This document shows, piece after piece, positions 48,233-50,536 of a stretch of 50,536 nucleotides of DNA. The DNA comes from Octopus bimaculoides (taxonomy: Eukaryota): assembly GCF_001194135.2 (NCBI RefSeq), contig NC_068984.1, positions 110,066,087-110,116,622 of the forward strand, in the 5' to 3' direction. The notes beneath the pieces were generated by a model, which ran no database searches, was not told where the DNA came from, and saw only the letters and a list, made by a program, of their open reading frames with translations. Position 1 is the first letter of the stretch. Every line of letters starts with the position of its first letter. The translations under genes were made by a program, and so were the position numbers.

Positions 48233-48312
48233 ATGAGTGGCTTAATGGTATTCGGCTAGCGTTGTGTCCTTGGACAAGATACTTTATTTCATTTTGCTGA
48301 GCTGGCAAAAAT
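48233..48312 (+). mobile_element. SINE family D fragment with internal deletions
   Basis: GTGGCTTAATGG...GCGTTGTGTCCTTGGACAAG...GCTGGCAAAAAT. Confidence 0.55.
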
Positions 48313-48341
48313 CAGTTGTATTCGCATGAGTTGTATTCGCA

Positions 48342-48516
48342 ATTCATAAGGCCAGCCCTGTCGCATTCTGTGACACGCTGGATCTCCTTGAGAACTACAT
48401 TAATGGTACGCGTGCAGGTGAATTTCTCAGCCACTTGCACGTTAATAGCACGAGCAGGCTGTGCACCGTTCATTGGATCAACTAGAACACTGGCCGTCGT
48501 AACCGACGGAATGCCA
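48342..48516 (+). mobile_element. SINE family C 3' fragment, diverged
   Basis: CTCAGCCACTTGCACGTTAAT...CACGAGCAGGCTG...GGATCAACT...CGTCGTAACCGACGGAATGCCA. Confidence 0.85.
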
Positions 48517-48612
48517 GATTGTCTAGACACTTGACAGATGATAGACTACATTACTGTACTGTCTAAAAGATATATATAAGACCTGCTCATATACGGATAC
48601 AACCTTATATTT

Positions 48613-48839
48613 CTTATTTCTTTATTGCCTACAAGGGGCTAAACATAGAGCGGACAAACAAGGACAGACAAAGGAATTAAGTCGATTACATCGATCCCCA
48701 GTGCGTAACTGGTACTTAATTTATCGACCTCGAAAGGGTGAAAGGCAAAGTCGACCTCGGCGGAATTTGAACTCAGAACGTAACGGCAGACGAAATACCG
48801 CTATGCATTTTGCCCGACGCGTTAACGTTTCTGCCAACT
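48613..48839 (-). mobile_element. SINE family B (tail type 1), monomer
   Basis: Reverse complement is collinear with 20676-20900. Confidence 0.9.
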
Positions 48840-48933
48840 ACAGCAATTTCCTCATCCTGAAATGGCTCATAAAGATCATTGCTACTAGCCTTCTTTATTT
48901 GGGTAATTTATAGAAGAAAAATCAAGAAACAAA

Positions 48934-49016
48934 CGTGGCCGTGTGGTAAGAAGCTTGCTTCCAAACTGCAGGGTTGAGTTCAGTTCCACTGTATTGCACC
49001 TTCGAGAAATATCATG
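48934..49016 (+). mobile_element. SINE family A head fragment, cut by an assembly gap
   Basis: CGTGGCCGTGTGGTAAGAAGCTTGCTT...GTTCAGTTCCACTG...GCACCTT matches the A head. Confidence 0.7.
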
Positions 49017-49559
49017 NNNNNNNNNNNNNNNNNNNNNNNNNNNNNNNNNNNNNNNNNNNNNNNNNNNNNNNNNNNNNNNNNNNNNNNNNNNNNNNNNNNN
49101 NNNNNNNNNNNNNNNNNNNNNNNNNNNNNNNNNNNNNNNNNNNNNNNNNNNNNNNNNNNNNNNNNNNNNNNNNNNNNNNNNNNNNNNNNNNNNNNNNNNN
49201 NNNNNNNNNNNNNNNNNNNNNNNNNNNNNNNNNNNNNNNNNNNNNNNNNNNNNNNNNNNNNNNNNNNNNNNNNNNNNNNNNNNNNNNNNNNNNNNNNNNN
49301 NNNNNNNNNNNNNNNNNNNNNNNNNNNNNNNNNNNNNNNNNNNNNNNNNNNNNNNNNNNNNNNNNNNNNNNNNNNNNNNNNNNNNNNNNNNNNNNNNNNN
49401 NNNNNNNNNNNNNNNNNNNNNNNNNNNNNNNNNNNNNNNNNNNNNNNNNNNNNNNNNNNNNNNNNNNNNNNNNNNNNNNNNNNNNNNNNNNNNNNNNNNN
49501 NCTTGTGACAAGAGAAGGTCAACAACGATGATCCCTATATTTGCTCGGTGTTTGTGTAA

Positions 49560-50136
49560 AATATATGCTAACTCGTGCAACAATCATATGAACACAATAC
49601 ACACAAGCACACACTGGCATAAGTACACATATAGCACAACGGAAAAAACGCACACATCACGCAAATATACACTTAGGTGCATGCAAGCATAAACATACTG
49701 AAATATACTCGCAAGAATACGCATGACAAAACAACCAGCGCGTGTGATTACACACATACGCACGAAGAACGCACACAAACATGCGCACATATATACGCAT
49801 GCCAATAAACAAATTATCAATGCTTAGACTAAATCAAACACAAACACAGACGAACGATACATATATTTCATATAAGTATATGCATGAATGCAAACATTCT
49901 CAAATATGTGTGTATATTTTTGGATGTGTATATGCATATTTATGCACACAAACACGTATATATAAACGTATAAGTATGCATATATATGTGCGTATACGTA
50001 TATGTATGTTTGTGTGTTTCTGTATATATATATATATATATACATACAAATATATATACATATATATGTGTGTGCATACGTGTGTATATATATATATATA
50101 TATATATGTATATAGAATAAATAAGTNNNNNNNNNN

Positions 50137-50172
<36 letters not shown>

Positions 50173-50245
50173 GTATACACATAATTGTATATGCATACAC
50201 ACACACACGCATGCAAACACATACACACACACATATATATATCAG
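49560..50245. repeat. (CA)n/(TA)n/(TG)n low-complexity tract
   Basis: Read directly. Confidence 0.9.
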
Positions 50246-50536
50246 TATTATAAATTTGTTTCATTTAACCCACTTCAGTTTAACGAACGGTTTCGTGTTG
50301 GAGAACTTTCAAATGCGTGGAACAGCAAACTAACAATCATCAGATTCGACTGCATATAAGATTATAGACTGGCCTCTTTAATGGAAGTTTGAAATCATCA
50401 CGGCTCGTATATGGGTCGCAGAGATATTGATGAGTAAGAACGAAATGAAACTTATGGACTGGGACAAGTACAGTCAAAACACACGAGGCTGTTCTTAAGC
50501 CCATTGGAGTTGTGACCTTATATTAATCCGTTTTTA

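Overview
AT-rich, gapped eukaryotic DNA with 12 N-runs, dominated by microsatellites and interspersed repeats. The repeat families look like those of octopus/coleoid genomes (inferred from recognising the repeats, not from a database search). I could not confidently identify any host protein-coding exon, rRNA, real tRNA gene or CRISPR array, so the window reads as intronic or intergenic. Almost all ORFs in the track come from N-runs, microsatellites or transposon fossils. Four tRNA-derived SINE families, which I label A-D, recur here in more than 25 full, partial or decayed copies. Other supportable elements are a decayed mariner transposase with one TIR (12987-13585), CR1/L2/jockey-type RT fossils (38195-38880, 44389-44540), RTE-type fragments and an old ~700 bp direct duplication with TIR-like motifs. 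The most unusual items are a hammerhead-ribozyme catalytic core (39442-39465) inside a ~40 bp-arm inverted repeat, two cases of a SINE apparently inserted into its own family at the homologous position, module and tail swapping between SINE families, and a perfect 26 bp palindrome. None of these demonstrates a new biological system; they are leads to test.
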